Shown piece by piece: positions 53,001 through 61,339 of a stretch of DNA of 64,000 nucleotides. The notes beneath the pieces are model-generated. The model searched no databases, had not been told where the DNA came from, and was given only the letters and a program-made list of their open reading frames with translations. Source of the DNA: Leucoraja ocellata (Eukaryota); contig JAWMAR010000451.1 in NCBI GenBank assembly GCA_036785375.1, positions 1,178,001-1,242,000 of the forward strand, in the 5' to 3' direction. The position numbers and the translations under genes were made by a program. Every line of letters begins with the position of its first letter. Position 1 is the stretch's first letter.

Positions 53001-56000
53001 GTTTACGTTCCTTTTAATTTGTAAATACAGGTGCACAACCTTTTATCCGAAAGCCTTGGGACCAGACACTTTTCGTAATTCAGAATTTTTCGGCTTTCGG
53101 AATGGAAGATTTTTAGCGTAGATTTTAACGGCCGGCTCAGTGGTAGAGTGCTCGGCTCGTATCCGCAAGGTCGCGAGTTTGCGCCTCGATCCCGGCAGTT
53201 ACTCGATCGTGAGTTTGAGTCTTCAATGTAGTTTTTTCTTGCAGAATAGGAGAGAATAGGGAGGGTTAGGCTGGGATCATTCTCTGCGAGATGATCTTAG
53301 TGCGGGAGACAAGTGTAGGAGAGGTGTACTGACTGTGTGGGCAGAACTTTGGAAGTGATTGCCCACCATTCTCAAAAGCCGCTGTGTCTCCCTGTCCCTC
53401 CAACTCCAGAGGAATCCGCTCCCCGATGGGCCGCTACGGCGACAAGTGGCAGTTCGCCCACAGCCCGAGCTGCGCCCCCTCATCCGCAACCCGGGTTCCT
53501 CTGGAGTTGGAGCGGGGCTGGGCTAGAGTTGTTGCTGGCTGTGAGTCTCTGGGATCTCCGTGCTTGCAGTGGGCCTGGGGGTCGGTGTCCCGATGAGGGG
53601 GCACAGCTCGGGCTGTGGGCGAACTGCCACTTGTCGCCGTAGCGGCCCATCGGGGAACGGCTTCTGGTGGTCCTGACATCTCTCAGCTCCTGTCCAGGGG
53701 GACGGCCGGAGACGTCAGGACCAACAGGAACCCGCTCCCCGATGCGCCGCTACAGCGACAAGTGGCAGTTCGCCCACAGCCCGAGCTGCGCCCCCTCATC
53801 CGCAACCCGGGGTCCTCTGGAGTTGGAGCGGGGCTGGGCTAGAGTTGCTGCTGGCTGTGAGTCTCCGGGATCTCCGTGCTTGCAGTCGGTGTCCCGTTGG
53901 TCCTGACGTCTCCGGTCACCCCCCTGGAATGGAGCTGAGACTGGGAACTGTACCGCCCTTGCCCCCTCCCTCTGCAACTGCAAACAACCCCACAGTTCCC
54001 AGTCTCAGCTCCTGTACAGGGGGGTGGCCGGAGACGTCACAGCCCGAGCCATCAGCTTCTGTCCCTACGGGGACAGCGGAGAGCGTGTTCCTCTGGAATT
54101 GGAACGGGGCTGGGCTGCTGCTGGTTGTGGGTCTCTGGGTTCTCCGTGCTTGCAGTGGGCCTGGGGGTCGGTGTCCCGTTGGTCCTGACGTCTCCGGTGA
54201 CTGGCACTGGCTCCAACGTGAAGACAGTGCAAAGCCCCCGCGCCGGTGCAATGCGCGGGGAGCTGGAGAGGGGAGGGAAGGGGTCACACACATGGCCGGG
54301 AAGCAGAGGGGTGTAGGTGGGGTGAAACTGAAGGGAGCGACAATTTGCTGCTGCCTGCCCGCTGAGTTAAAAAGTTCCCACGCAAGACTCACGATACACT
54401 GTGTATCGTGAGTCTACCGTGGGAACTTTATAACTCAGCGGGCAGGCAGCAGCATATTGTCAATTATTAACCCTCCCGCGCAATATACCCTCACCTTCTC
54501 TTTTATGAATGGGGATTTAGTTCCCCTTTCTTCGAGGACCGACCGGAGGTTCCGCTGTCACCTCTGCGGGCCGCCCTCGGTGAACGTTTTCAAGGACCTT
54601 TATTCAAGGACTGAAAAAATGTCCGCTATCCGGAGGTTTTCGTTATTTGGATCTTCGGATAAAAGGTTGTGCACCTGTACACGATACACTGATTTTATTT
54701 ATAATTATAAAATATGTTCCGGTTATCAGGTGTCTGGGAAGATCATGTGGGCCCGCCAACTATTCAGAAAAATAGATATTCCCATGAAGTTTCTGAAAAA
54801 TAACACAGAAATTTTGAAGGTAATTTTATATCTCTAAATTCCTGGTTTGAGAAGAAGTTATTGTATTGAATACAAAAACTAAACAATCTTTCATTTTAAG
54901 AGTTCATAGCAATGCTGATTTTTTTTTTGCCTGTTTTATATTGTTAGAGCCCCGAAATGAAAAAAGTTATCAAAAACTATAACAAGATGGCAGCTGTTCT
55001 TCTGGAGTTTGAGGTGTTGTATCATAGGGGTTGGTGCCGAGCTGTTGACTTGGCCCGAAATGGACTTCAAGCTTCTCTGATTGTTCGACATCCTGAAACT
55101 AAGGTCAAATAATATGTTCACTCATCATTTATAAAACTTATAAATTATGGAATAAAGCTGTCAGCTGCATCTGGTGCTTGATGATAACACAGAAAGTATA
55201 CATTCTTGAAATTTCTACCGTTCATGCAGTAATGAAGGAAGACAAAAGTAAAGCAATATAACTTCTTTCTTCCGTTTTTTCATCAAATTAGATCGGTCCT
55301 GCAGCAACAGCACCATCTGGTTTAGCACTGTTCAGTGTATATTACAAATATATATGCAGGTTGAACACCGATTTTCCAGCAACTGTTGGTCTTCCTGCCT
55401 CTACAATCTAGACAAAATGATGAGAGCTCAATTGAAATTTCCTGAGTGGTCACAATTGGCATTACGGGTGGCAAGGGCTCTTTTGGGTTGTGTCCCTCCA
55501 TCATGAAAGTGTTATTTGTTTACATCCAAACATTGAAAACGCTCCTTGGCCTTGTCTAATTCTACCTCTGCAGACTCAATGTTTAGGTTTCTCGTGCTTC
55601 AACTCTTTCTGGTCCCCATGCACTACCCCACAACACCTCTTCCCACCATTCCATTCAATTTTCCTCATCCTCTAAAACTCTGAACATCCTGTTAAGCCTT
55701 CACGAATTTACTGGGCACCTTTGAAAGGCTGCTTCCCAAAATTCCCTTTCAACTGCGCTCTCAATCTCCTCTCCGAACTATTTTGCAAAGACAATACATT
55801 AAGCTTACCCCTTATTCTTAAACTGTGACCCCTGGTTCTGGACTCTCCCAACATCGGGAACATGTTTCGTGCCTCTAGCGTGTCCAAACCCTTAATAATC
55901 TTATGTTTCAATATGATTGCCTCTCATCCTTCTAAACTCCAGAGTATACAAGCCCCAGCTGCTCCATTCTCTCAGCATATGACATTCCCGCCATACGGGA

Positions 56001-59000
56001 ATTAACCTTGTAAACCTACGCTTCACTCCCTCAATAGCAAGAATGTCCTTCCTCAAATTAGGGGACCAAAACTGCACACAATACTGCATGTGTGGTCTCA
56101 CTAGGGCCCCATACAACTGCAGAAGGACCTCTTTGCTCCTATACTCAACTCCTCTTGTTATGAAGGCCAACATGCCATTCGCTTTACCTGCCTGCTGTAC
56201 CTGTCATTCCGTTCACATTCAGTTTACATTTTATATTTGTTTTATTTAATTTTCTGGCATTCCATGGTGCTTTAGAGGCATGGTAGAGGTGTCACTAGTG
56301 GACCAGGGGTGTATTGTTGTTTCATTATCACGTGGCTTTAGTTGGTATGGAATATCAGATAATCCAGAAAGGCTCTGGAACTGAGGGTGCCGGAAAATCA
56401 CTATTCAACCTATGTCATTGTGAGAATACATGTCTTCACCATCCCCTCGGACTGCATGATCCAAATTCCAAGCATCCTTTGGGTGAAAACATACTTCCTC
56501 AAATTTCCTCTAAATCTTCTAGTCTTTACTTTAAATCTATGCCCTTTGGTTTATGCTAAGGTTTATGGTTTGGTTTATGCTACATTGCTCACTAGGTATT
56601 CTATCCAGTGCTCTTATAATTTTATATATCTCATCAAACATCCTCTTTGAACCTTTTTTGGTCAACAAAAGGCAAATCCAACCTATCCATTCTCTGCTCA
56701 AAGCTGTGGGTTCGATCCCAAGTAATATCCTGGTGAATTTCCTCTGATCCCAATAAAATAGGTTTGGGTATGACAGCTATAACTGAATAATTTTTTTCTG
56801 GTGCATTCAAGTGTGTAATCTCTGCAGATGTAGTAGAAATGTATATTGAAAAATATGTACATTTGGAGAAAATTCCGTTACTATTTGGTTTACAAGTAAA
56901 ATCCTTTGAAAAAGGATAATAATATTTGATGGTTAAATCTGCAACAAAGTCTTAAGTTACTGGATGGATTCAAGCTACTCAGCAAATGTAGAGACTAGCA
57001 TCCTGTCCTCAAATTCACTTGGACAATCTCTGTCACCTCTCTCCTATTCCTTGATCTCTCTGTTTCCATTACAATGGACAGACCATCGAATGACGTCTAC
57101 TACAAACCCACTGACTCTCACAGTTACCTTTCTAGACCTCCTCCCACCCTTCCTCTAGCAAGGACACCATTGTTTACTATCACCACTGCCTCTGCCATAT
57201 CTACTCGCAAGATGCGATTTTCACTTTGGGACATTAGAGATCCCCTCTTTCTTCAGTAAATACAGATTGCCTCCTACCTTTGTGGATATAGCTCTCACCC
57301 ATGTAACCTGCAGTTCTGCTCTCACGCCCCTCCCCCCAGATGGAACAGGAATCGAGTTCCCCTGGTCCTCACCTTTCACAGGCCGCTGCATCTAACACAT
57401 CCATCTCTGACATTTCCCCAACCTTTAGTGTGATCCTGGACACGTCTCTCCATCCCCACCTCTTCCTGCTTACCGTAGGGACCACATCCTTTGCAACTTT
57501 TTGGTCAGCTCATCCTTCCTACCCAACCCGCCCCTTCTCCAGATACTTTCTCCTGCAACAGGTTCCCTACACAACCTCTCTCACTTCTTTCAGTTCCATC
57601 CAGGTACCACAGCAGCCCTTTCAGGTGAGACAGAGATTCACGTGCACCCTTCAAACCTTGTCCACTGCATTCGGTGCTCATCTGCAAAATCTTTTGTCTC
57701 TCAAATGCAGTTATACTCGTTCTACAATTTCAACTGAGTATCTCTATTTCAATTCTTACGTTGACCGTTGCAATTTCTAAAAAATTCTGGGCAAAAAAGC
57801 CAACACATTTCGAAGTAAAATTGGAATGTGTTTTCTGATGAGATAGTACTAACTCTGCTTATTTTTTTTTTGTTCCAAATGAATTACACATTTGTTTCAT
57901 GACTTAATGTTGAATTAGATAAACAAGTATGTCTGAAAATGTATTTCTCCATATCTGACCTAATAAGCACATCATACTTTTATAGCTCACACTGCATTAC
58001 AATAAAATTATTTATCTGGAATTTTGGAAAGTGCTAAATTTAGACCTTTTAAGTATTTTTCTGTTAAATTGTGAAACTGACAATATCAAAGAAGGGTGAT
58101 CTTACATCGGAGCTGGCCAGCGATGACACGACAGGAAGCGCTGGTTATCACTGTTGATTTCATGATTGAGTCAGATGGAGGATGTAGTACTGTTCCTTTG
58201 ATCCTTTAATGGAGCTGAGGGAGAAGATTAAAGATAGAGAGCATCAGAGCGGGAATAGGAACGTTAATGGGAATAGGATGGAGAATTAAATTGACAGGCA
58301 ACCAGAATGAATGGAGGTGTTCTGCAAAGCAATCACCATACTTGTGTTTGGGTTTTTCACTGAAGAGGAAACCACATTGTGAGCACTGAATGTAATGCAC
58401 TAGATTGGAAGATCGGCAAGTGAATTGCTTCACCCAGAAAAGCTATTTGGGTTCCTGGATGGTGGGAAGAGGCAAAGTAAAAGGAGAGCTATTTCATCTC
58501 CTTATGCTAGAATGGAAAAGTGCTGTGAAGAGTGTGGTTTTCGGAGTTGGAAACGTGAACCCAGAATCATTAAGAGAACAGTCATTTCAAAATGCTGAAT
58601 GGGAAGAGAAGGGAAAGAGATGATATGTCAGGTTGTGATGTCTCATGAATGTAAACAATTGCCTGGAATATTAAAGAAAGACACAAATGCTGGAGTAACT
58701 CAGCGGGGCAGGCAGCATTGCTGGACAGAAGGAATGGGTGACGTTTCGGGTCGTTTTGTTTTACTGAAATGGATATGTTTGATATATGACATTGTCTTGA
58801 TTTTCCAAAGCAGGGAATCTTAGTGAATTTTGATCCAGCTGTGCTTGAGCTACTTTTAGAAGCAAAGTACTTGTACAAAATGGGACTTGAAGTGCCACAA
58901 GTAGCTCTAAACCTATGGCTAAAAGAGGCAGAAATTAAACACCATTATTTAAGGTCAGTATTTATGTTAGGTTCTAAATCACCTTTTCAATATTTGAATG

Positions 59001-60155
59001 AAAGAGTAGAAACAGAATAATAATTTCTTGGTGCGACCTTTTAAGAGATGTCTGGATAACTACTTTGATAAAATCTGATAAATTAAAATTTATCTACAGT
59101 GTTGAGCCATTCGATGACATTATAATGGGAGTGCAAAAGAATATATGAAAAATTACAATGACGTTTAATTTCCTTTTTGAATGTGGTTAATCGGTGATGT
59201 GTTCATTTTTTTGTTTACTTCCAGCGTTCAGGAACTTTTACGTAATTACCAAAAGGTGGTGAACAGTATTCCATCTATTATGCAACCATTGTTGAAGCCT
59301 TTTATTAACCAAGTGGACGATGCGCTGATTCCTGGACTGACTATGTTGTCTTGGACCTCCTTAAACATTGACAAATGTATGAAGCTTTTAACCAATATCA
59401 AAAAGTAACTAGGATGTGTAAATTAATTGAAATTAATTGCTTCGGTATGGTAAAGTTTTGTTAAGATATTACAATAGATTTTATGGATAGCGGTTGCGAT
59501 TTTACAGTAGGATTTTATGTCTAACATTACAGATGCTGTGATGTGTTCCATTGATGAAACGATTCCCACTGAGAACTCCCATGATTTTCTGAGTAGACAC
59601 TAATGTCTGCATGGCATACTTTAACAGGCACTGAGTGAGAGATTTAATTGGCAGTAAGTCTACCTGAAATTTAGAGGCTTTTAGAACCCTGAAACATTTC
59701 CCATTTCAAGCTAAAATTTGGATTGAAGGGGGAGCAATAGCAGATGAAATATTTCTAACTTTATTTTATTTTATTATTTATTTTGAACAGAATAAAAGAA
59801 TAAAAAGCAAATGTGAAACAGCATACAAAAAACAAAACAAAAATATTTATAAAGTGTCATAAACAATATCTATAAATAAATAAATTCCACTTTTGTGGAA
59901 GAATGTAGTTTTATTAAATTGCTCACCTAATTATGGTTTGTTTTTAGTTGTAGATAATGTGTACATCTCCTTGAGAGAGCTGGAGAAAGTCGTGAAGCAA
60001 GTATCTGACACATTAGAGTGTAGGATTGAGAATATTCTGCACGAAATATCTCTTACTGCCCTGGTCGACCTTCCTGAAGATGACCTTGTAGAAGTTCCAG
60101 CTTTTCTAGAGATGACTGAAAATATTGTTGCCTCAGCTGGACAAGCTTTGTCTAC
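4409..60155 (+). CDS. dnah5l: Axonemal dynein heavy chain, outer-arm gamma type (DNAH5/DNAH8 family, likely DNAH5-like paralog); 5' part, 21 coding exons covering the N-terminal tail (DHC_N1 region); gene continues beyond window
   Basis: 21 exons joined by GT-AG introns give one open frame of 2837 nt. The translation includes [80 protein letters not shown] and VNFDP, all typical of gamma dynein heavy chains. The family call is strong; the paralog name is tentative. Confidence 0.85.
5243..5550 (-). mobile_element. CR1 subfamily D 3' end
   Basis: (CTCTATGA)n tail and 3' UTR similar to 42900-43205. Confidence 0.85.
5769..6292 (-). mobile_element. Long non-autonomous retroposon, copy 1 (Rex1-like tail)
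   Basis: TGTGACAATAAA plus short-repeat tail; modules shared with 27034-27960 and 30153-30942. Confidence 0.6.
6330..7190 (+). mobile_element. Rex1/Babar-like LINE, 5'-truncated
   Basis: ORF 6364..6996 with [29 protein letters not shown] and RLRRSFFP; AATAAA plus (CTTGA)n tail. Confidence 0.88.
7949..8165 (+). mobile_element. Degenerate V-SINE
   Basis: Similar to 15580-15835 (GCTGCCTCACAGC...TGTGTGGAGT...GTTCTCCC). Confidence 0.6.
8665..9000 (+). mobile_element. CR1 subfamily D 3' end interrupted by an inverted copy of 7879-7986
   Basis: CR1 3' sequence resumes after 8809; CTCTATGAC tail. Confidence 0.8.
9160..9377 (-). repeat. Three tandem ~64-bp copies of Penelope-associated terminal repeat sequence
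   Basis: Repeated GTGCTGGAGTAACTCAG...GGCAGCATCT. Confidence 0.7.
9817..10380 (-). mobile_element. CR1 subfamily D 3' fragment
   Basis: ORF 9915..10106 (RGHKFKVKG...[13 protein letters not shown]). Confidence 0.85.
10732..11140. repeat. G-rich minisatellite, ~20-bp unit CCCAGCGGGGGTGGCGTGGG with ~11-bp variant subunits
   Basis: Directly visible tandem array; it explains the overlapping low-complexity ORFs. Confidence 0.95.
12597..12658. repeat. (TCTA)n microsatellite at the Helitron 5' end
   Basis: About 15 perfect copies. Confidence 0.97.
12653..14337 (+). mobile_element. Non-autonomous Helitron
   Basis: 5' A|TCTATCTTACTAAAAG; 3' hairpin CAGACCC-AGC-GGGTCTG (14309-14325) followed by CTAG|T; no TSD; internal tandem repeats. 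Confidence 0.8.
14482..14700. repeat. Inverted pair of Penelope-associated terminal repeats
   Basis: CACAAAGTGTTGGAGTAACTCAGCAGGTC ... GACCTGCTGAGTTACTCCAACACTTTGTG. Confidence 0.75.
14914..15014 (+). CDS. dnah5l: Dynein HC exon 2 ([34 protein letters not shown])
   Basis: Polypyrimidine tract plus TAG acceptor, GTAAGT donor; phases 1 to 0 bridge exons 1 and 3. Confidence 0.72.
15306..15550. repeat. Inverted pair of Penelope-associated terminal repeats with hammerhead-like cores
   Basis: ~95-bp inverted arms; CTGAAGA...GAAAC on the minus strand at 15372-15403. Confidence 0.8.
15580..15838 (+). mobile_element. V-SINE (HE1-like)
   Basis: GTGGGTTTTCTCTGGGTGCTCCGGTTTCC core, CR1-like tail. Confidence 0.75.
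17341..17529 (+). CDS. dnah5l: Dynein HC exon 3 (TQGKKTLL...MDSRHSYLI...SDQK)
   Basis: CAG acceptor, GTATGC donor; DSRHxY motif of the DNAH5/8 N-terminus. Confidence 0.9.
17859..19984 (-). mobile_element. CR1 LINE subfamily C, ORF2 (end of endonuclease, RT) with frameshifts and deletions
   Basis: ORFs 19641, 19275, 18670, 18242 and 18111 with [16 protein letters not shown] and KFADD; (TCTATTG)n tail. Confidence 0.95.
20280..20354 (+). CDS. dnah5l: Dynein HC exon 4 ([25 protein letters not shown])
   Basis: TAG acceptor, GTAAGT donor, FYYQ motif. Confidence 0.9.
20680..20763 (+). CDS. dnah5l: Dynein HC exon 5 ([28 protein letters not shown])
   Basis: CAG acceptor, GTAGGG donor, phase 0/0. 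Confidence 0.85.
20900..20971 (+). CDS. dnah5l: Dynein HC exon 6 ([24 protein letters not shown])
   Basis: CAG acceptor, GTCAGT donor; LTGxCxFFxR motif. Confidence 0.9.
22250..22710 (-). mobile_element. Old Rex1/L2-like 3' fragment
   Basis: TGTGACAATAATAAAC tail; degraded RT C-terminal sequence. Confidence 0.55.
24065..24166 (+). CDS. dnah5l: Dynein HC exon 7 ([34 protein letters not shown])
   Basis: TAG acceptor, GTAACC donor. Confidence 0.9.
24217..24346 (+). ncRNA. Penelope-associated terminal repeat with a minimal hammerhead ribozyme-like core
   Basis: CTGAAGA-A-GGGT-TTCG-GCCC-GAAAC-GTT at 24219-24246. Confidence 0.6.
27034..27960 (-). mobile_element. Long non-autonomous retroposon, copy 2 (L2-type tail)
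   Basis: Starts AAGATGGCG; ends GTAAAGCACTTTG...GTGCTATATAAATAAAG(ATT)n. Confidence 0.65.
27961..28316 (-). mobile_element. L1/Tx1-clade ORF2 C-terminal fragment plus part of the 3' UTR
   Basis: Minus strand reads [33 protein letters not shown]...[12 protein letters not shown], resembling fish L1 C-termini. Confidence 0.7.
30153..30942 (-). mobile_element. Long non-autonomous retroposon, copy 3 (Rex1-like tail)
   Basis: CpG-rich body, 12-bp hairpin at 30285-30317, AATAAA plus (TATTG)-type tail. Confidence 0.65.
31525..32122 (+). mobile_element. Old degenerate CR1 3' fragment
   Basis: GYRFKVKG..F and WNEL motifs, CTATGAC tail. Confidence 0.75.
33214..33400 (+). CDS. dnah5l: Dynein HC exon 8 (NWGSIKEGL...PSDYLIA)
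   Basis: TAG acceptor, GTATCC donor, phase 0 to 1; overlaps ORF 33274. Confidence 0.9.
33792..34100 (+). mobile_element. Left arm of a PIF/Harbinger-like MITE
   Basis: TAA|TGGCCCTGTCTCAC terminus followed by CpG-rich ACTCGT/ACGAG subterminal repeats. Confidence 0.5.
34150..35687. mobile_element. Tc1/mariner-pogo-type non-autonomous element (right TIR only) with internal inverted and direct repeats
   Basis: Ends GCGTCTT...GGGAAATACGG|TA; internal fold-back centred near 34997. Confidence 0.55.
35870..36540 (-). mobile_element. Old Rex1-like 3' fragment with a nested CR1 3' end (36110-36280, +)
   Basis: (CTCTTGA) tail at 35870; CR1 UTR GATCAGCCATGATCATATTGAATGG inside. Confidence 0.6.
36777..36942 (+). 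CDS. dnah5l: Dynein HC exon 9 ([54 protein letters not shown])
   Basis: Start of the DHC_N1 motif; TAG/GTATGT splice sites. Confidence 0.95.
38616..38709 (+). CDS. dnah5l: Dynein HC exon 10 ([31 protein letters not shown])
   Basis: TAG/GTAACT, phase 2 to 0. Confidence 0.93.
38863..38961 (+). CDS. dnah5l: Dynein HC exon 11 ([33 protein letters not shown])
   Basis: TAG/GTTGGT; conserved KDNVKYL. Confidence 0.93.
39049..39230 (+). CDS. dnah5l: Dynein HC exon 12 ([46 protein letters not shown]...)
   Basis: CAG/GTAATC; ORF 39040; conserved YYNTS. Confidence 0.95.
42150..43207 (+). mobile_element. CR1 subfamily D, RT C-terminus plus 3' UTR, disrupted
   Basis: ORFs 42180, 42244, 42631 and 42941 ([15 protein letters not shown]). 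Confidence 0.93.
44436..44555 (+). CDS. dnah5l: Dynein HC exon 13 ([22 protein letters not shown]...RQFEF)
   Basis: CAG/GTAATT, phase 2/2. Confidence 0.92.
44715..45540 (-). mobile_element. Old Penelope-like element fragment (N-terminal ORF region)
   Basis: Degraded SKGL.F...FF...YFFG...SSSTW...LDL pattern on the minus strand, next to a terminal-repeat remnant. Confidence 0.45.
45720..45986 (-). mobile_element. Penelope-like element 3' end (GIY-YIG C-terminus plus terminal repeat)
   Basis: Minus strand [24 protein letters not shown] followed by CTGAAGAAGGGTCTCGACCC and the repeat seen at 24217. Confidence 0.8.
46968..47530. repeat. Penelope-associated terminal repeat cluster with inverted arms
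   Basis: Same repeat family; inverted pair at 47335-47510. Confidence 0.65.
48057..48294 (+). mobile_element. Right arm of a PIF/Harbinger-like MITE
   Basis: Ends AAGTGGGACAGGCCCA|TGA; CpG-rich GTCG/CGAC subrepeats. Confidence 0.5.
48300..48905 (-). mobile_element. Penelope-like element, GIY-YIG endonuclease region
   Basis: Minus strand [22 protein letters not shown]...LGDRFTEH...PVAKHFNS. Confidence 0.85.
50528..50729 (+). CDS. dnah5l: Dynein HC exon 14 ([18 protein letters not shown]...[10 protein letters not shown])
   Basis: TAG/GTATTA; overlaps ORF 50583. Confidence 0.95.
51665..51760 (+). CDS. dnah5l: Dynein HC exon 15 ([32 protein letters not shown])
   Basis: CAG/GTAAGT. Confidence 0.93.
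51845..52018 (+). CDS. dnah5l: Dynein HC exon 16 ([14 protein letters not shown]...PPTPRNIPP)
   Basis: CAG/GTAAGT; ORF 51854. Confidence 0.93.
52145..52845 (+). mobile_element. Old degenerate CR1 3' fragment
   Basis: Similarity to CR1 RT C-terminus and UTR; CTCCATGA tail. Confidence 0.75.
53028..54677. mobile_element. Non-autonomous pogo/Tigger-type (Tc1/mariner superfamily) DNA transposon, 1650 bp, both ends intact
   Basis: Perfect 24-bp TIR CAGGTGCACAACCTTTTATCCGAA (53028-53051 and 54654-54677), TA on both flanks, CpG-rich, no transposase ORF. Confidence 0.92.
53131..53197 (+). pseudogene. tRNA-like sequence (anticodon position reads CGT) inside the DNA transposon
   Basis: GCTCAGTGGTAGAG D-arm/A-box, T-stem CGAG/CTCG, 3' acceptor TCCCGGCA; 5' acceptor shortened and B-box degenerate. 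Confidence 0.5.
54730..54819 (+). CDS. dnah5l: Dynein HC exon 17 ([30 protein letters not shown])
   Basis: CAG/GTAATT; GKIxWARQL motif. Confidence 0.93.
54948..55103 (+). CDS. dnah5l: Dynein HC exon 18 ([29 protein letters not shown]...HPETK)
   Basis: TAG/GTCAAA; LLEFEVL motif. Confidence 0.93.
55805..56203 (-). mobile_element. CR1 subfamily C internal fragment
   Basis: ORF 55901 (LVRPHMQYC); near-identical to 18120-18523. Confidence 0.9.
56990..57680 (+). mobile_element. Degenerate Penelope-like element (RT C-terminus to GIY-YIG start)
   Basis: [11 protein letters not shown] and [19 protein letters not shown] motifs. Confidence 0.75.
58085..58755 (-). mobile_element. Degenerate Penelope-like element (GIY-YIG region and terminal repeats)
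   Basis: ORF 58206..58433 [18 protein letters not shown]...GDCFAEHL. Confidence 0.7.
58814..58953 (+). CDS. dnah5l: Dynein HC exon 19 ([20 protein letters not shown]...HHYL)
   Basis: AAGCAG tandem acceptor, GTCAGT donor; VNFDP motif. Confidence 0.92.
59225..59376 (+). CDS. dnah5l: Dynein HC exon 20 ([11 protein letters not shown]...[15 protein letters not shown])
   Basis: CAG/GTATGA; PGL..L.WTSLNI motif. Confidence 0.93.
59948..60155 (+). CDS. dnah5l: Dynein HC exon 21 ([30 protein letters not shown]...GQALS)
   Basis: TAG/GTATGT; ORF 59893; last exon seen in the window. Confidence 0.92.
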
Positions 60156-61339
60156 GTATGTTTTAATTCTGATAATACTGAACTAAACTGTTAAATGTAC
60201 TGTATGAATGAATCCTGGAAAGAAATGGATATTGTTTGTAATTCTGAATGGTCATTTTGATTTTTAACAAAAATAAAAGCAAGGTTATTGATATTCATGA
60301 AATTTATACAGTCAAATATTAAAATGTGGGTAATAACTAAAATTATTGAATTATATCGTGGATTCATAGGCGGTGACGAAATCTTGGGTCTGTGGGTTCC
60401 CTTCATAAAGCTGCCAGCTAGAATAAGTGATTTCTGGCATTACAGGCACCAAATAAAGGTGTACAAATCTTCCTTTGCTCATCTCTTTTAAACTTTCCCC
60501 CTAATTAAACAAGAGAGAATTGATAAGGCTATTGGGACAAGGCAAGAGGATAGGAATAATCAGATATCAGCCTCGAAGACCTGTATAGGCAGGATTAACT
60601 GAGAGGCACCCTTCCATGCTGTAACATTTCATCAGGACTTGAAACAAATTAGGATTTTCCTATATAAGGCTGTTCAGACCATACTCATGTCACTTAGTAA
60701 TTATTCAAAACTGATGGAAAATTAATTTGTAAGTAACTTTTTGTTTTAATTAAATGTCATGGTTTTGTTAAACATTGCCAAGAGAATCCATTCCAATAAT
60801 GATTGTTGGTAAACCAGCACTTTGCAAAAATCAGAAAATTGACCAAAAATACATTGGAAATTATATTAAGGTTGTTTACATTCATAAACGTACACTGTAA
60901 CAAAACCTGCAGGAAGGAACTGCAGATGCTGGTTTACATCGAAGATAGACACAAAACGCTGAATTAACTCTGCGGAAGAAGATGTTGAGCCACTTGAAGG
61001 GAAATAAGGTGGATAAGATTTGATCTTAGCAACATGTTCGGCACAGATATTGTGGGCCGCAGGACCTGTTCTTGTGCTGTACTGTTCTATGTACGAGTGC
61101 CATATTGATCCCTGTGATATCCCACTGATCACAGGCTTCACATTACAAAACAACCCCCACTGTCACCTTCTGTTTCTTTACATAGGTCACGTTGCTGCAG
61201 CTTAGGTTGCTCTAATAATAATGTGAATTGGATCTTGGAGTCAAGAGGTTGAGGGTAGCTCTTGGATCTTTCCATCAGGCAATTCAGGCTATAATATGTC
61301 TGATAGCTTAGTCATCTTGAAGATGAAGTTGTCGCGTTT

